DNA of 64,000 nt from a virus. The translations under genes and the position numbers were made by a program. The notes beneath the pieces were generated by a model. The model saw nothing but the letters and a program-made list of their open reading frames with translations. It did no database searches and was not told the DNA's origin. Where the stretch lies: IMG/VR virus record IMGVR_UViG_3300046791_000454, positions 17,497-81,496 of that record, one strand, 5' to 3'. Positions 62,788 to 64,000 of this stretch are shown here, in pieces; positions within the stretch are counted from its first letter, which is position 1, and each line of letters starts with the position of its first letter.

Positions 62788-63050
62788 CGCGCCCCCCTGG
62801 CCTTCGCCACGCGGACCCGCTCGCGCATCTCCCGCCGGCTCGGGCGCTTACAAGGCTCCGCGCAAGAGAAGCGATGCCCGTCGTAGTAGACGCGCACGAC
62901 GAGGTTCGCGAAGCGGCGGCGAAGCAGGCACCTGTGACACCACGTCGTTGCGCGTGGCGACGTCCTGAGGCGGACCAGCGAGCCATCGTCGAGCCTGGCC
63001 ACGTAGTCGTGGGCCGGCTGAGCGGGCGCGGAGAAGACGTGAGCGTTCAC
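62784..63050 (-). CDS. Cys-containing hypothetical protein
   Basis: WCHRC...FSCAEPC; coupled. Confidence 0.7.
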   Translation of the reverse strand: MNAHVFSAPAQPAHDYVARLDDGSLVRLRTSPRATTWCHRCLLRRRFANLVVRVYYDGHRFSCAEPCKRPSRREMRERVRVAKARGAR

Positions 63051-63466
63051 GCGGCCCCCTTCCGGCTCAGCGCAAGCACGACGAGCGCGGCGGCAAACGC
63101 AGCATGAATGTCTTTGTCTTGCGCGGAGGCGCTGCGTAGCCGTGCTGCCTCTGCGCGGGCGGCGTCGCGTTCAGTTCGCATCTCGTCGAGCTCCTGTTCG
63201 GCGGCGGAATCCTTATCATCGTCTTGCTTTTTCAGCCTCTCGACCTCGGCGCGCGCGGCGTCGCGCTCCCGTTCGATGTTGTGCAGTGCAATCCGGGCCG
63301 TACGATCTGCGATATCGGCGTGGACGAATTGGTCGTGCAGCTCCACCACCGCCCGCACCGCCGAATGGTCTGGCAACGGATCGGGCGTCTCGCCGCGGCA
63401 GAGGGCCTCGATGGCGGCGAGGGCGGTTTCGGCCGCTTCGAGGTTCAGATCGGCACACGATTTCAC
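63047..63466 (-). CDS. coiled-coil hypothetical protein
   Basis: ERDAARAE occurs twice; coupled. Confidence 0.7.
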   Translation of the reverse strand: MKSCADLNLEAAETALAAIEALCRGETPDPLPDHSAVRAVVELHDQFVHADIADRTARIALHNIERERDAARAEVERLKKQDDDKDSAAEQELDEMRTERDAARAEAARLRSASAQDKDIHAAFAAALVVLALSRKGAA

Positions 63467-63753
63467 TTCGCACCTCGCTGCCGGTCCACTTCGTTCTGCG
63501 CGCGTTCGCCCTCGAGCATCGCGCGGAGCGTGGCGTTTTCGGCACGCAACTCCCGCCAGAGACGGGACCGCGCGGGGCCGCTTTCTTCGCGGGCCGTGGC
63601 GATCTCGGCCCGCAGGCGTTCGAGTTCGTCCAGGAGCGCGGGCATGGCCGCGAGCAGAGCGTTACGAGGGCCGTTGTCGATCGTAATCGATGTCGCCTTC
63701 GGATCCGGCATGACCATCGCAAGGATGGTGCGGATGTGCTCGATGTCGGTCAC
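63463..63753 (-). CDS. Ead/Ea22-like small protein
   Basis: MPALLDELERLRAE motif; GTGA coupling. Confidence 0.6.
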   Translation of the reverse strand: MTDIEHIRTILAMVMPDPKATSITIDNGPRNALLAAMPALLDELERLRAEIATAREESGPARSRLWRELRAENATLRAMLEGERAQNEVDRQRGAK

Positions 63754-63929
63754 GTCCACCTCCACAAGACCTTCACGTGACACCACCCGACGCGCAGCCC
63801 GCCGGTACGCTGCGACCACAGGAGCCCTCCCGTGCGGGTGTCGTGATACTGGAGCACGACGGGGCCGATCCAGAGATTCCAGCCGGAGGCGAGTCCTAGG
63901 CTGGGCGGGATGCGCTGCAAGCGGATCAC
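63750..63929 (-). CDS. Trp-rich small protein (59 aa), absent from ORF track
   Basis: GTGA overlaps at both ends. Confidence 0.55.
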   Translation of the reverse strand: MIRLQRIPPSLGLASGWNLWIGPVVLQYHDTRTGGLLWSQRTGGLRVGWCHVKVLWRWT

Positions 63930-64000
63930 TTTTCACCTCGCGCCACGCTCGCCCACGGGAGGTCGGTGGCGTCGGCGGGCGCGTGTCGATCGCAGTACAG
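63926..64000 (-). CDS. 3' end of a gene truncated by the window edge
   Basis: Open frame LYCDRHAPADATDLPWASVARGEK*. Confidence 0.5.
   Translation of the reverse strand: MYCDRHAPADATDLPWASVARGEK

Larger units (their letters stand above)
1..64000. mobile_element. Tailed phage/prophage genome segment with Mu-like contractile-tail morphogenesis genes
   Basis: Ordered terminase-portal-protease-capsid-sheath-tube-TMP-baseplate-fibre-lysis genes plus a phage-type replication module; no host housekeeping genes; many ATGA/GTGA-coupled small ORFs. Confidence 0.97.

Noticed and set aside
1-64000. CRISPR array, tRNA or rRNA
   Set aside because: No regularly spaced repeat-spacer units or cloverleaf found by eye; the repeats seen are coding or iteron-like
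1-64000. Transposable (true Mu-type) phage
   Set aside because: No MuA/MuB in the window, and an initiator/DnaB/iteron module is present; cannot be excluded outside the window

Overview
A 64-kb stretch of a very GC-rich (roughly 70%) tailed phage or prophage; both ends fall inside genes. About 57 kb (64000 down to 6857) is an almost continuous minus-strand gene run. In transcription order it holds: small early genes; an SNF2-like helicase and two DNA methyltransferases (one split at a G10 tract); a RusA-like nuclease; a replication initiator with internal iterons and DnaB; several DNA-binding proteins; TerS and TerL; a putative late control region; a Mu-like head (DUF935 portal, gpI-type protease, cement, major capsid); a contractile tail and Mu-like baseplate; fibre and spike genes; a lysis region with three predicted hydrolases; and a separately terminated fibre-like cassette. 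The left 6.8 kb holds an RNA ligase/DUF488 operon and a divergent control module around an XRE-HTH gene. No integrase, transposase, reverse transcriptase, CRISPR array or tRNA was seen. A Myxococcota (Polyangia-like) host is inferred from GC content and recalled protein families, not demonstrated. Best leads: (1) a divergent switch with two sigma54-type (-24/-12) promoters, overlapping inverted repeats, twin enhancer-like palindromes and twin boxB-like hairpins; (2) a possibly phase-variable methyltransferase (G9 on, G10 off); (3) AT-rich synonymous patches on the most conserved enzyme motifs; (4) a 14-aa copy of the capsid N-terminus inside the protease polyprotein. All family assignments come from visual motif recognition; no searches were run.
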